Origin: Octopus sinensis
Lineage: Eukaryota
Assembly (NCBI RefSeq): GCF_006345805.1
Contig: NC_043009.1
Coordinates: 59,148,001 to 59,212,000 of the forward strand
DNA: 64,000 nt
Reading direction: 5' to 3'
A program made the position numbers and the translations under genes. The notes below the pieces were generated by a model. That model was not told the DNA's origin, did not search any database, and worked only from the letters and a program-made list of their open reading frames with translations. Each line of letters opens with the position of its first letter. Position 1 is the stretch's first letter. Shown here in pieces: positions 13,266 to 25,544 of this stretch.

Positions 13266-14399
13266 TTCACTGAAGACGGAAATAAAATCAAGCTGAAATT
13301 TTTGGCTTCCCCGTGGATTATAAGATATATCTAAGCATATATGAAAAAATGTTCGCAACCTAGTACATAGGAACATACCAGACATATTGGTAGAATGTAT
13401 TCTCAGTTTACCGCCCCCAGTTCTTAAGGATCGCCCTGTTTAAGTACCATACCCATAAAGCATCGACAGTTATGAATTTTCAGTTTGAATACTCATGATT
13501 ATTTTTGAAAAGGTTACAGCAGTAGTTTCCTGTTACTTCTGCCAGTTTATTTACACTTTCCACTACTAGTCTGCTGATCTACGAAGGTTACCATTGATCC
13601 ACAAGATCTTGTTTTGCTTTAGAGAGTGGAGACTGTTTCACGTAGCATGAGTATCCGTCTACTTACTATTGGCCAGAGTGACAAACGTCTAGTGGACAAT
13701 CCTTTTTTTTGTTTTAGTCCTCTCATTCACAAAATCAACTCCTGTTATTTGACCCATAGCTGTGGTACTCGTTAATAGGTAATGTCGATTCCAAATGGAG
13801 CAGACCTGGGATGAGTGGCGACTAAGCGTTAACACTACACTCTGCAAGACTCCTGAACTCAAGAGTTGGAGCCTTACCGAGACATACAGCTTAACAACTT
13901 GCCACAGTTATCGTACTTTATTTCACCAACCCCAGAAAGACAAATGTCAAAGTCTACAATGTTATTTAAAATCAGAAAATAAGCTAACATGACATTGCAA
14001 AGAATTTTGCCCGCTACTCTACTGATTCCATTCAAAGAAGTGGAAGGTAAGAGGTATTAAGAAAAGAGAAGTTAGCGAATAAATTGACCAAAGTATAAAG
14101 CCCTCACCACCACCACCAACAACAACAACAACATCACATTGTAAGACAAAATGTGTATTAAAGAAAACAAAAGAGTAATTGTGTGAACAGAAGGAAGAGT
14201 AGGAAATAAGTTACTGTTCTCTGAGAGTTCCTCAGATAAAAATTGTTATGGGTTATTTGTAAAACAGTGTCTCACGCAATAGAAGTCATGATTTCAATAA
14301 ACATCACAAAAGACAACAGTAGATTAAATTAGAATGAAAACAGAAGCTTTGCTCTGAGTTACGGGGAAATAATATATGATTACGAGAAAAGAGTCAAAA

Positions 14400-15830
14400 C
14401 ATGTCCAAATATATTTGCTAAAATTGTTGAATTTCGGAGATGAAAGATGCGTGCTAGGAAGTTTCTTTAGTGTTGGCCAAACAAGGAAGTTATTCTCTGA
14501 TAAGTACTTGTTTCCAAGTATTTCTCTGATAGGGAATAAATAGGCTTTGTCTTCAAATATTTATAAAATACGCTGGTGGTAAAAAAAAAAACATCTAAAG
14601 GAAATTGCTTTTAGAAAACCATCAGATATGAGGCAAACTGAAGAAATCTTACGTGATGTATGGGAACAACTGAAAGGCTGGTTCCATGCTAGTACTTAAC
14701 TTGTTTAAGCTTTGTATGCTACAGAGCCCAGTTAAGAATTTACATAGGAGAAACTGATGACAAGGACGTCTGTTGTTTTGAATTATTTCATGGAAAAGAT
14801 GAGGATCAGACATACTTGACAAGGATGAGTTTCGAAAATCTACGATTAAAATAGGTTAAACCTAATACTTTTTCTGAAGGACTTCCACTGATGATTGGAT
14901 TAATCCTCTTCTAAAATATCACTGCCATTATACAGCAATGACGATTGTGTTGAAGATCTTTAAACTGGGGGTTTGTTATGGTAAAGCTTATGAAATGTGT
15001 AATTAAAACTTGATTAACAGAATTAAGCAAACGAGAATTCACATAAAATTGCGGAACGATAAATGAGAAAAACAACGATCTTGTCCAATATCTTGGGGGT
15101 TCACTAGCTTTCTAGAGTAGAAATTCCGAGTTGACTTTGGAAATTGAGAAATACTGGTCATGATACTTTAGACGTGAAGAAATAGCGAACTGAAGAAAGA
15201 ACTCTTTAATATGATCATAAATGGCCATTTGGTTTTAAAATTCAAGGCAAGAGCCAAATTGTTTCCTAGCTTAGCAATGGATACAAATGTTTTCCAGATA
15301 AAATTAAATGTTCATCTCTCAGCTAGGATATGAGGATTTGAACCAGGGTCCACACTTAAAAGAAAAACAAAGTGAATGTGTTGAGGATAATGGCAATTTT
15401 ACACATTATGTTAGAAAAGAAGAGAAAAACAAGCTATCGCTAGAGTCACTTGAAAGTCGTTTACGCCATTTCATCGAAGAAAAACATTGGAGAGTTGCAT
15501 TTATGAACCCATTTTTACTCAATGAACAAAGGAGTCTTGAAAATGCCTAGTAACAAACAAATGGGACTTATTGGGCTTCCAAACAATTCATTACTGGAAA
15601 TGAAATTTGATGAGCTTCCCTCAGTTCTAAATGCTATTGAATGATTAATTCTTGGAGATCATTATTGCCTGAACAATTCCATGTACTAAAGCAGTTTGGT
15701 CTTTTACATCTGTCGATTTGGAACCGCGTACAGGTGTAAACAAACGTTGCCATCCATAAAGCTGGTGGAAAACTACACGAGGTCACAACTGACTTGAAAT
15801 TTGAAGAATTATCTGCTACTCTTGTAAACA
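14400..15830 (+). pseudogene. Highly decayed hAT (Buster/GTF2IRD2-type) transposase remnant
   Basis: GVH*LSRVEIPS*LWKLRN at ~15096 (cf. EVRWLSRG..L.R..ELR); LKIQGKSQIVS*L...FQIKLN; FMNPF; FGTAYRCKQTLPSIKLVENYTRSQLT at 15717-15794 (cf. FGSTY.CEQ.FS.MK..KS..RS.LT); LVLAKQG and AQLRIY upstream. Many stops and frameshifts; no TIRs found. Confidence 0.7.
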
Positions 15831-16030
15831 TTATTTGAAGCTTTACACTAAAAAATTCGCAAAATCAGAACTGTCTCAAAAGTTGGATTAAGCTAAGTAA
15901 TGATTATATCTTTCATAATAAGTTCTGGCAGATTCGAACGTGAAATTGCCATACAGCAGCAGCAGTAGCAGTAGTGGTAATAGTGGTGGTGATGGTGGTG
16001 GTGGTGGTGGTGGTGGTGGTGGTGGTAGTA

Positions 16031-16625
16031 GTAGTAGTAGTAGTAATAGTAAGGCGGTGAGCTGGCAAAATTTTAGCACACCGGGCGAAATGCTTAGCGG
16101 TATTTCGTCTGCGTTACGCTTTGAGTTCAAATTCCGCCGAGGTCGACTTTGCCTTTCATCCTTTCGGGGTCGATAAATTAAGTACCATTTACGCACTGGG
16201 GTTGATGTAATCGACTTAATACCTATGTCTGTCCTTGTTTGTCCCCTCTGTGTTTAGCCCCTTGTGGGTAATAAAGAAATAGGTATTTCGTCTACCGTTT
16301 CGTTCTGAGTTCAAATTCCGCCGAGGTCGACTTTGCCTTTCATCCTTTCGGGCTCGATAAATTAAGTACCAGTTCCGTACTGGGGTCGATATAATCGACT
16401 TACTCCGTTTTTCTGTCCTTGTTTGTTCCCTCTGTGTTTAGCCTCTTGTAGGTAGTAAAGAAATAGGTATTTTGTTTCGTCTGTCTTTGTTCAAATGCAG
16501 CCGGGGTTGACTTTGCCTTTCATTCCTCTGGGGTCGACAAATTAAGTACCAGTAAAACCCTGGGATGAAATGTAATCGACTAGTCCCCTCTCCTAAATTT
16601 CAGTCCTTGTGCCTATAATAGAAAA
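16031..16625 (+). mobile_element. SINE A with one head and three tandem bodies
   Basis: Head followed by body units that restart at GGTATTTCGTC immediately after the AAAGAAATA tail (junctions ~16281 and ~16465); the third unit is more diverged and has a different tail. Confidence 0.85.
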
Positions 16626-16699
16626 TATTATTCTATTTGTAATGGAGTCATGAAAGGCAAAACGGTTTCTTGTGGGTATTGAACTTGAAACACAGAGCA

Positions 16700-16897
16700 T
16701 TAGAAAAAATAATGCAAAGTATGTTTAGTGGTATTTTGTTTCGGCTGTCTTTATGTTCTTAGTTCGAATGCCGTCGGGGTGGACTTTGCCTTTCATTCTT
16801 TCCGGGTCGATAAAATAAGTACCAACAGTGTACTGGGTCGATATAATCGACTAGCGACCTCCACCAAATTTCAGGCCTTGTGCCTATAGAAGAGAGG

Positions 16898-16945
<48 letters not shown>

Positions 16946-17090
16946 GTTGTTGTTGTTGTTGTTGTTATTATTATTATTATTATTCCTTTCATCCTTCCAG
17001 GGACGATAAAGTTAGTACCAGTTGAGAACTGGGGCCAGTGTTATTGATTTCTCCCTTCACCTGAAATTGCTGGCCTTGTGCTAAAAATTT
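16700..17090 (+). mobile_element. Two decayed SINE A bodies separated by an (ATT)n/(GTT)n tract (16900-16985)
   Basis: GGACTTTGCCTTTCATTCTTTCCGGGTCGATAAAATAAGTACC; CCTTTCATCCTTCCAGGGACGATAAAGTTAGTACCAG. Confidence 0.75.
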
Positions 17091-17429
17091 AAACAATTAT
17101 CATAATTATTGTTGTCATTGTTGTTGCTCTTCTTCGTCTTCTTCTTCTTTTCATTATTGGTGCTGATATGCCTATTGGTGTGGCTGTGTTCACTTTATTC
17201 CCACATTTAATTTTTTTTTTTTTGTATTTTATAACATGTGAAATGTTTGTTTAAACTTCTTCACTTTTTACTGAAGAAAACTGTAGGAACACTTGTCTCA
17301 CCAAATCGTTAACGGCGGGGAAAAAGTTAGGTTTATTTTGATTTTGTATACATTTCTTTCACTAATGTAACCTAACTTCTTTCTATGACCCTTTCATCCA
17401 ACAACCCTCTGGCAAATAGAAGAAATTGC

Positions 17430-17460
<31 letters not shown>

Positions 17461-18230
17461 GCCATTATTAATGTTATTCATTGTTGACAATTTTTAGAAG
17501 TTTGTTTTTCCATTTTCATATCGGTCTTCGAGGCTCTGGATTTTAACAAGTTTAAACCTGCATGAAAGAACGTTTTGGAATTATTTTTATCCAGAGATTA
17601 TTTAAATATTCCAAAGTCTTCTCATACAGGATTCTGACGAAAATAAAACACTCTTTTGTTATAGGAATATTCGCTTGCTTTCTTTTTTCTACTTTATCGA
17701 TACACATGTAAAATATAGCAACATATAACACCTAGCAGGAAAATAAACACGAACGCAAGTGTATTTTCATAAAGTTAAGACACTAGAAAGCAATATATAT
17801 ATATATATATATTACCAAGAAAATTTTGTAAGAAAATACTTTTATTTTGGAAAAGGCTTAGAAGAAAAAAAAATATTGATTGTTCTGTGGAAAATAATAT
17901 TGTTGAGAGCAGCCCAAGTAACAAGATGCACTCGTAAACACGAAGTTTTATCAAATGAAAGTAAAGATAGAAATATGAGAGGATAAACTGTTTCAACATT
18001 TGCGAATATGACATTTAGTAAATAAACTTTAGATATGGACGATTTAGACAAAAGACGGCATGACAGTATTATGTAACAAAATACAGATTTTTTTTTTATG
18101 AAGTTGAAACACCGACCAGTAAGAGGAGGTCAAAAACTGATCTATTGCGCATTGCCAAAGGATAGTTTTATTGTAACGTCCAGAAAACAGCTGCGACAGT
18201 GATCTCTGATGTATTGAGTGGCTTCTTCTG

Positions 18231-19472
18231 TTAGATCGTCAAGTATGAAATTTATAGTGAGGTATATGGTAAACTTTGACAGCTGCTCATTTTGTGCCAT
18301 TATTATATTTTGACAATCTTTATTATTTTTTGTTAGAAATCTGATACATTTATTTCTTTATTCTAACTTATTTTACGCTTTATAAAATATTTATAAATCG
18401 TTTTTTTGCTATTTTTTTTTTTAGAGAAGTATAAGTCAGAAATTCGTATAGTTTTGAAATATAAGTTATTTCTTTGAAATACAGCATCACAGACAGCTCG
18501 GAATATTAATGGTGCATTTCATTCTAATGATACAGCAGACAGTATCAAATTGGTTTGCAAAATTTTGTTCTAGTAACATTCACTCCACAAATAAGCAACG
18601 CGGTCGACCAGAAACAAAGGTGGATAATGACGAACTAAAAGCCACCGTCGAGTCAGATCCATCTCAGAGTGCCCGTGAATTATCATTGTTGTTTGGCGTT
18701 AGCAAGCAAACAATATTGACTCACCTAGATGAAATCGGTACAGTGAAAATTTGGATAAGTAGGTTCCACATGAACTCAATGAAAATCGGAAACAGCAACG
18801 TTTGGAAGCCTGCATTATGCTACTTTATAGTCATAAAAATAAATAATTTCTTAATCGATTTGTAACATGTGATGAGAAATAAATAACCGTAAACGTTCAG
18901 CATAATAGTTGGACAAAGACAAGCCACAAAAACACAGTCCAAAAGCAAAATTCATCAAAAGAAGCTCATGGTATGTGTTTGGTGATCTGGCGCAGGTGTG
19001 ATCCATTATGATTTCATTAAACCTGGCTCATCAATCACGGCCGAAGAATACTGCAGAAACTTACAAAAAATCCAGCCTAGATTAGTCCACACATCCACTC
19101 CTGTTTTATTGCAAGACAACGCCAGAGCACACATCGCAAAAATGACATTGTCGAAACTACAGGAGTTGGAGTTGGAAGTTCATCATCCACCATTCTTGCC
19201 CCTGCTGACTAACACTCCTTCCAGAATTTGGATAACTTCTTGATAGGAAAAAAATATAATTCCGACGATGCAGTAAAACAGGTCTTCCAAGATTTAATTG
19301 ACTCTAGAATGCCAAGCTTTTACAGTTCCGGGGTGGACAAGCTACTGCTGAAATGGCAAAAGGGTAATGACAATATGGGTGTATACTTTGACGAATAAAA
19401 CTATTCCTTGTATTTATGAAATATTAGCAATTTTTTTTTTCTTTTCCTCAAATTTCATACTTCACGACCTAA
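18231..19472 (+). mobile_element. Near full-length defective mariner (D,D34D) transposon
   Basis: TIRs TTAGATCGTCAAGTATGAAATTT (18231-18253) and the reverse complement of the end at 19472 match at 21/23 positions; TA follows on the right. Transposase pieces: VSNWFAKF...RGRPE..DNDELKA.VESDP, FVTCDEK*, LLQDNARAH, LAPAD*HSFQNLDNFL, KLLLKWQKG..NMGVYFDE*. Multiple stops and frameshifts. Confidence 0.9.
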
Positions 19473-19639
19473 TACATCATCTGAGGGCAGCACACGGTGT
19501 CATAGCTGTTGTTTTAAAACTGTGGACGGATCAAAGAGACAAGTTTTCCTAACGAACAACAGAGCTTTACGAATTCTAGTCCCTGAATATACATGAAGAA
19601 CAATGATAAGTGGTCACATACATGGCATGATATTGTTTT

Positions 19640-20180
19640 TTTCAAATTTTGGCACAAGTTCAGCAGTTTCAAGGAGGAGGCCAGTCGATTAGATCGACAC
19701 CCGCGCTAAACTGGTACTTGTTTCATTGACCCAGAAAACATGCAAGGCAAAATCGACTTCGGTGGAATTTGAACTCGGAAAATAATGTCAGATGAAATAA
19801 CGATAAACGTCGCCCTTTTCAAGCCTAGCCAGGCTCATGGGCACAGTTTCCCGGTTTCTGGGGTGTATGTGCCCCCCCACCACAGCTGGACGGGACGCTA
19901 GTCCATCGCAGCGTTACTCAAGCAACAGAAAGAGAGAGTGGGAGAAAGTTGTGGCGAAAGAGTACAACAGGGGTCGCCACCACCCCCTGCTGGAGCTTCG
20001 TGGAGCTTTTAGGTGTTTTCGCTCAATAAGCACACACAATGCCCGCTCTGGGAATCGAACTGCGACCCCCCGACCACGAGTCCGCTGCCCTAACCACTTG
20101 GCCATTGCACCTCCAGTCAGATGAAATGCTGTTAAGTATTTTAGCCCCACGTGCTAACGATTCCGCCAACTCACTGCCTT
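19640..20180 (-). mobile_element. Old SINE A copy interrupted by SINE C
   Basis: Body at 19640-19798 and head at 20116-20180 on either side of the SINE C insertion; TSD GTCAGATGAAAT at 19787-19798 and 20116-20127. Confidence 0.75.
19808..20115 (-). mobile_element. SINE family C, full-length copy
   Basis: Minus strand begins TGGAGGTGCAATGGCCAAGTGGTTAGGGCAGCGGACTCGTGGTCGGGGGGTCGCAGTTCGATTCCC (A and B boxes, tRNA-like) and ends GGCTAGGCTTGAAAAGGGCGACG; second copy at 58178-58471. Confidence 0.9.
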
Positions 20181-20641
20181 CACGTCCTTGGCATAATATT
20201 GCCTGATTATGCTGATAGCATTTTGGTGGTAAGCAGTCGAGCGGGGTCTCCATGTATATACAAACCTCGTAACCATATGACCCTATAACATAACTGAAGA
20301 CAATTTTAGCCTCCCATCCCCAACTCAAAATTAGTCTGGGTCATTTTTGGCGCGAGCGAGTAATGCTATTACTACTATCATTACTATTATTATAGTAAAC
20401 CTCAGCGGTCTATATAGTTATCGCTATACTAATATGGCATTCTTATAAAAATAAGAAAAAAGCTGTCCGCTTATTAGCTCCATGAGGCCATCGCCTTAAG
20501 TTAGCTATTTGATACACAAACTGTATCCATATATTATTTAGAGAGACTTAGTTATTTTAATATTTCTATTATTGAAAACAAGTGGATGTATTCCACCGAA
20601 ACTAGGTAAATAAAACCATCGAACAGAGATTGTCGGAAGCG

Positions 20642-20719
20642 ACACCTACTGGCTGGCTACGCTGCATTGAAAAGGGGCAATACCCCGAAACGCGTCTGTA
20701 GCTGCCGGTCAAGTAGTGT
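20642..20719 (+). ncRNA. Type I hammerhead ribozyme, U3-A8 core variant (copy 1)
   Basis: GCUGCA | UUGAAAA | GGGG-CAAUA-CCCC | GAA | AC-GC-GU | C | UGUAGC. Stem I has 6 bp plus a distal extension (UGGCUGGC/GCCGGUCA); GUC cleavage triplet with C17 at 20696. Confidence 0.85.
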
Positions 20720-21000
20720 GGAGCGACTGACCTCCGTTCGAAGGTTATATGGATACAGTTTGTGTATCAAATAGCTAACTTAAGGCGATGGCCTCATGGA
20801 GCTAATAAGCGGACAGCTTTTTTCTTATTTTTATAAGAATGCCATATTAGTATAGCGATAACTATTATTTTCCGGGAACGCTGCCGCTGTTCTCTTTTAG
20901 AGAGACTTAGTTATTTTAATATTTCTATTATTGAAAACAAGTGGATGTATTCCACCGAAACTAGGTAAATAAAACCATCGAACAGAGATTGTCGGAAGCG

Positions 21001-21078
21001 ACACCTACTGGCTGGCTACGCTGCATTGAAAAGGGGCAATACCCCGAAACGCGTCTGTAGCTGCCGGTCAAGTAGTGT
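21001..21078 (+). ncRNA. Type I hammerhead ribozyme, U3-A8 core variant (copy 2)
   Basis: Identical sequence to copy 1; C17 at 21055. Confidence 0.85.
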
Positions 21079-21624
21079 GGAGCGACTGACCTCCCTTGTT
21101 CGAAGGTTATATGGATACAGTTTGTGTATCAATAGCTAACTTAAGGCTAACTTAAGGTTATATGGATACAGTTTGTGTATCAATAGCTAACTTAAGGCGA
21201 TGGCCTCATGGACAGCTTTTTTCTTATTTTTATAAGAATGCCATATTAGTATAGCGATAACTATTATTTATATTATATATATATATATATATATATTATA
21301 TACGGGTGTGTGTGATTGTGTATAGAAGAATATATTAATAGATTTAACCATCTATTGTGTATAGAAGAATATATTAACAGATTTAATCATCTCGCTACAG
21401 TCAAAGATTGTGAAGCATGACTGTCACCACTACTACATGAACCTGAAGATTGCATAATTTAATGCATGAAAGTACTAGTTCAATCAGAATGAACATTTAA
21501 CATTCTATTATTTTATTTTATTTTATTATATTATATTATCTTATATTATATCATTATAAGATAGTAAATAAAACGTGAAAATCAGACAAGGTTGGAATTC
21601 CTTTTATTAATATATATATATATT

Positions 21625-21845
21625 CAGAAGGTAAAGCCGGAGGAAATGCGGCTAAGCATTTAATCCAATAGGTTAGCAATTCTTCCAGCTCCCTACCTAA
21701 ATGATTAATGATCCTTTTTTCTACTACAGACAAAGGCCTGAAATTTAGAAATTTAGAAGGAAGATGACTGGACGATTACATCGAACCCGCTTTTTAACTG
21801 GTGCGTAGTTCATTTACCCCGAGAGGACAATAGGTAAAGTAGAAT
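21625..21845. mobile_element. Decayed SINE A fragments (head + at ~21625-21700; body - at ~21718-21845)
   Basis: GAAATGCGGCTAAGCATTT...; AAAGGCCTGAAATTT...GACGATTACATCGAACCC...AACTGGT. Confidence 0.5.
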
Positions 21846-21942
21846 TCCCGCCATTCACACGTCAAGACATAGAGACAGACAAAACGCCACTAAACATTTC
21901 TTTTTCTGGCGTGCTTGCAATTTTCCCAGTTCGCTGTGTTAA

Positions 21943-22314
21943 TTATTACCTCCGTTTTAACGAAGGCGGAGGCAATGCTTTTCAGTCGTGTGAGTTTGTT
22001 TGTCCGTGGACAAGATATCTCAAGGACCGCTGGATGAATTCGGATGAAACTTTCAGAGATGTTTAGCCTTGTATCTGGCACGAACTGGTTAGATTTTAGG
22101 ATCGATTCAGTACCGGACAAGGATTTTGGATTATTTTTCCTGCTTTTTTACTTAATTTTTGAGAGCGGTCGGGTTCATTTTAAGTATTCTAGTTTGTGAG
22201 AGCAATCGAGTTTATTTCAGATATTCTCATTTTAAAAACCATCTCTGGCTTATCATTGAAAGGACGTTTGTTCTGCCTTGGCGGAGGTTTGAACTCTCTG
22301 AGTGCCCATGTTTT
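21943..22314 (+). mobile_element. Non-autonomous Helentron-associated element (HINE/DINE-1-like)
   Basis: 5' TTATTACCTCCG with hairpin CCTCCGTTTT-AACG-AAGGCGGAGG, then a GTTTGTTTGTCCGT microsatellite-like tract; 3' subterminal inverted GGCGGAGGT followed by the short imperfect palindrome GAACTCTCTGAGTGC and a T-rich end. This is HINE architecture. Confidence 0.7.
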
Positions 22315-23180
22315 ATCTAAAATGACATGAAATCTAGTATTATCGAGTAGGATAACATAGAGTTATGTTCTGTTATTGCTCAGTCTAGCTGGCTGGTTTT
22401 CTGTTCTAACAATGCGCTCCTTGTCTAATATGTAGCTGTCTAAGATACCATTATCTCACTGACGTATGTGCAAGTACATTATATAATGTGTCATTTCATT
22501 CTATGAGAGGGAGATTATAATTTGGGTAAGATTTGGCAGCTATTCCTAGTAGGTTGAGCTACTACATTCAGTGACGCTTGTTAGTTTGTCTGCAGTCGAA
22601 ATAATCGATTAAGCCGTCCCACAAAATGATAGAAATTAATATTAACACTTCTTGGACGTTTGCAATCCGAAAGTAAATTAACTCGCCTTCTTATTTTGAC
22701 GTCTGCTATGGAATGTGCCTGGAACTGGAATATATTTTAAGCATTTAGAGAATATTTCTGTCTCGGAGGGTCAACAAAGGCCAGGAAAATTGCTCCTATC
22801 GTCCTCCTACACAGAATAAAATATTAAAATATAATATATGTAGATATTTTGTTTTGCCAATTTTTACTAAAGAGAATACACGTACATTACAAAGATATGC
22901 AGCAAAACATAGACACATACACAAACACATTCTTTCACACGCACACTTGTACGTACGCATAATGTATCTGACTTTAGTAATTTTATCAATTTATCGATTA
23001 ACGTATCGATCTAGCTGTCTGGTAATCGATCAATCTAATCTCTCTGTCAGTAAATAGTTTTATCAGTATCTTTTGGAAAGCGGACACATTTATCATTTAT
23101 CATATTATACGTATACATGCATATATATGTTTGTATATTGATATGTATGTATGTGTGTATAAATACGTGTATGTAGTTAA

Positions 23181-23241
<61 letters not shown>

Positions 23242-23738
23242 TTTACATATAGGCAATTACGTGTATATATTTATATATATATTTATATATATATATTTAT
23301 ATATATAATATTTATATATATATTATATATATAATTTTATATATATATATATATAAATATATATATATATATGTTCAAAACCGATGAGATTAAATGTAAA
23401 TCAATTTAAATAACATGTTTCAGTGTATTTGTGGGAAGGAGTTATGTTTGTTTCTCTTTTTCTCTCTTTGTATGTATTCTCACATATGCACACACAGACC
23501 ACACACAAACATGCATGTATATACATACACGCATATTTTTACGCATAGGTGTGTGTGGGTACTGGTGTATATGTACTTACAGACACTCAAACTGTCTGTT
23601 TATATTGTCTTCTTAAGATGTAACTAATTTTTGTGTTGTGCGTGTTGAATAGCTTACGGTATATTTATGACTGTATGTCTGTATGCATCAATCTATCTCT
23701 CTGTCTGTCTCTCTATCTACCTACCTGTTTATTTATTC

Positions 23739-23801
<63 letters not shown>

Positions 23802-23834
23802 ACACTCTCTCTCTGTCTCTGTCTCAGTCTCTCG

Positions 23835-23872
<38 letters not shown>

Positions 23873-24176
23873 ATATATATATAGATATATAAGCACACCC
23901 ATGCACAGATACATTCTTACTTATGTATATACCTATATTGACAAACGGAATGCAAATGTATGTATATATGTTATTATATAAGTATGTATGCGCGTATGTA
24001 CTTATGTATATATGTATGTAAATATTCAATTTTGGTGGCTGTTGCGTGAAAGTATACATTTTGCTATATTTACCATTCATTTAGTCTGAACGAAGTCTCA
24101 TTGCATCTGTTTATCTACACACAGACACAAACATATATATATATATACGTATGTGTGTGTATGTGTGTGTGTGTGT

Positions 24177-24509
24177 GAAGGCGTATGGCTCAGTGGTTAG
24201 AGCGTCGAGCTTACGATCGTGTGGTTGTTAGCTCCAATCCCGGCCTGGGTTGCGTGTTGTGTTCTTAAGCAAGACACTCTATTTCACGTTGCTCCAGTTA
24301 ACTCAGCTGTAGAAATGAGTTGCAACGTCACTGATGCCAAGCCATATCGGCCTTCGCCTTTCCTTTGGATAACATCAGTGGCGTGGAGAGGGGAGTCCGG
24401 TATGCTTGGGCGACTACTGGTCTTCCATAATCAATCTTGCCCGGACTTGTGCCTGGGAGGAAAAATTCGAGGTGCAATCCCATGGTCAGTCATGACCACA
24501 GGGGGTCTC
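24177..24509 (+). mobile_element. SINE family D (tRNA head), single copy
   Basis: TGGCTCAGTGGTTAGAGCG (A box), degenerate B box CTCCAATCCC, then TTAAGCAAGACACT...CTCAGCTGTAGAAATGAG central segment; flanked by microsatellites. Confidence 0.7.
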
Positions 24510-24528
24510 ATATATATATATATATATA

Positions 24529-24589
<61 letters not shown>

Positions 24590-24666
24590 AATGCATAGTA
24601 CATACATATATATATATATAATATACATACATACATACACACATACTACATACATACATACATACA

Positions 24667-24702
<36 letters not shown>

Positions 24703-24739
24703 TACATACATACGCATGTTTATCTATATACGGGTATAC

Positions 24740-24960
24740 ATACGTAAGGCACCCAGATGACGGAACCGTTACAACAACAGACGAAATACTTAACGGCATT
24801 TCTTCCTATTGTACGTTCAGTGTTCAAATGCTGCCGGAGTCGACATTGCCTTTAATTCTTTCGGGGTCGAGAAAATAAGTACCAGCTCAACGCTGGTGTT
24901 GATGTAATCGACTCATCCACTCACCACCCCAAACGAAATAGCTAGCTTTGGGCCAAAATA
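24740..24960 (+). mobile_element. Decayed SINE A copy
   Basis: GTGTTCAAATGCTGCCGGAGTCGACATTGCCTTTAATTCTTTCGGGGTCGAGAAAATAAGTACCAG. Confidence 0.75.
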
Positions 24961-25149
24961 TGAAATCAATAGATATATATATATATACATACATTTATTC
25001 ATACGCGCGTGCGCACATACAAGCGCAAGCACGGAAACGTATATATATGTACGGGTGTTTATGTGTGTATGTGTGTGTGTGTGTGTGTGTGTGCTTGCAT
25101 ATATATATATATATATAATCATATATTAAAACATTAAGAGCTGCGACAG

Positions 25150-25281
25150 CTGTCGTGTTATCGTAATCGTCATTAGCATCGTCGTCATCATCATCATCAT
25201 CATCATCATCCATCATCATCATTATCATCATCATTATTATTATTATCGTTATTATAATTATTATCATTATTATTATTATTG

Positions 25282-25321
<40 letters not shown>

Positions 25322-25358
25322 TGTTTTTAGTAGTAGTAGTAGTAGAAACAACAGCAGC

Positions 25359-25394
<36 letters not shown>

Positions 25395-25510
25395 TGTAGT
25401 ATTATTTGTGGTGGTAGTAGTAGTAGTAGTAGTCGTAGTAGTAGTAGTAGTAGTAGTAGTAACAGTAGCAGCGGTAATTGTTGTTATTGTTGTTGTTGTT
25501 CCTGTAGTAT

Positions 25511-25544
<34 letters not shown>

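Larger units (their letters stand above)
20414..21266 (+). mobile_element. Hammerhead-bearing tandem repeat (359-bp unit, about two copies) preceded by an inverted 120-bp copy of its own 3' part; retrozyme/Penelope pLTR-like
   Basis: 20537-20895 is repeated from 20896 (offset 359); 20414-20533 is the reverse complement of 20746-20865; each unit holds an HHR fold. Confidence 0.85.

Noticed and set aside
16031-16625. Regularly spaced ~180-bp repeats resembling an array (CRISPR-like)
   Set aside because: Units are SINE bodies without unique spacers, in a eukaryotic context with no cas genes.
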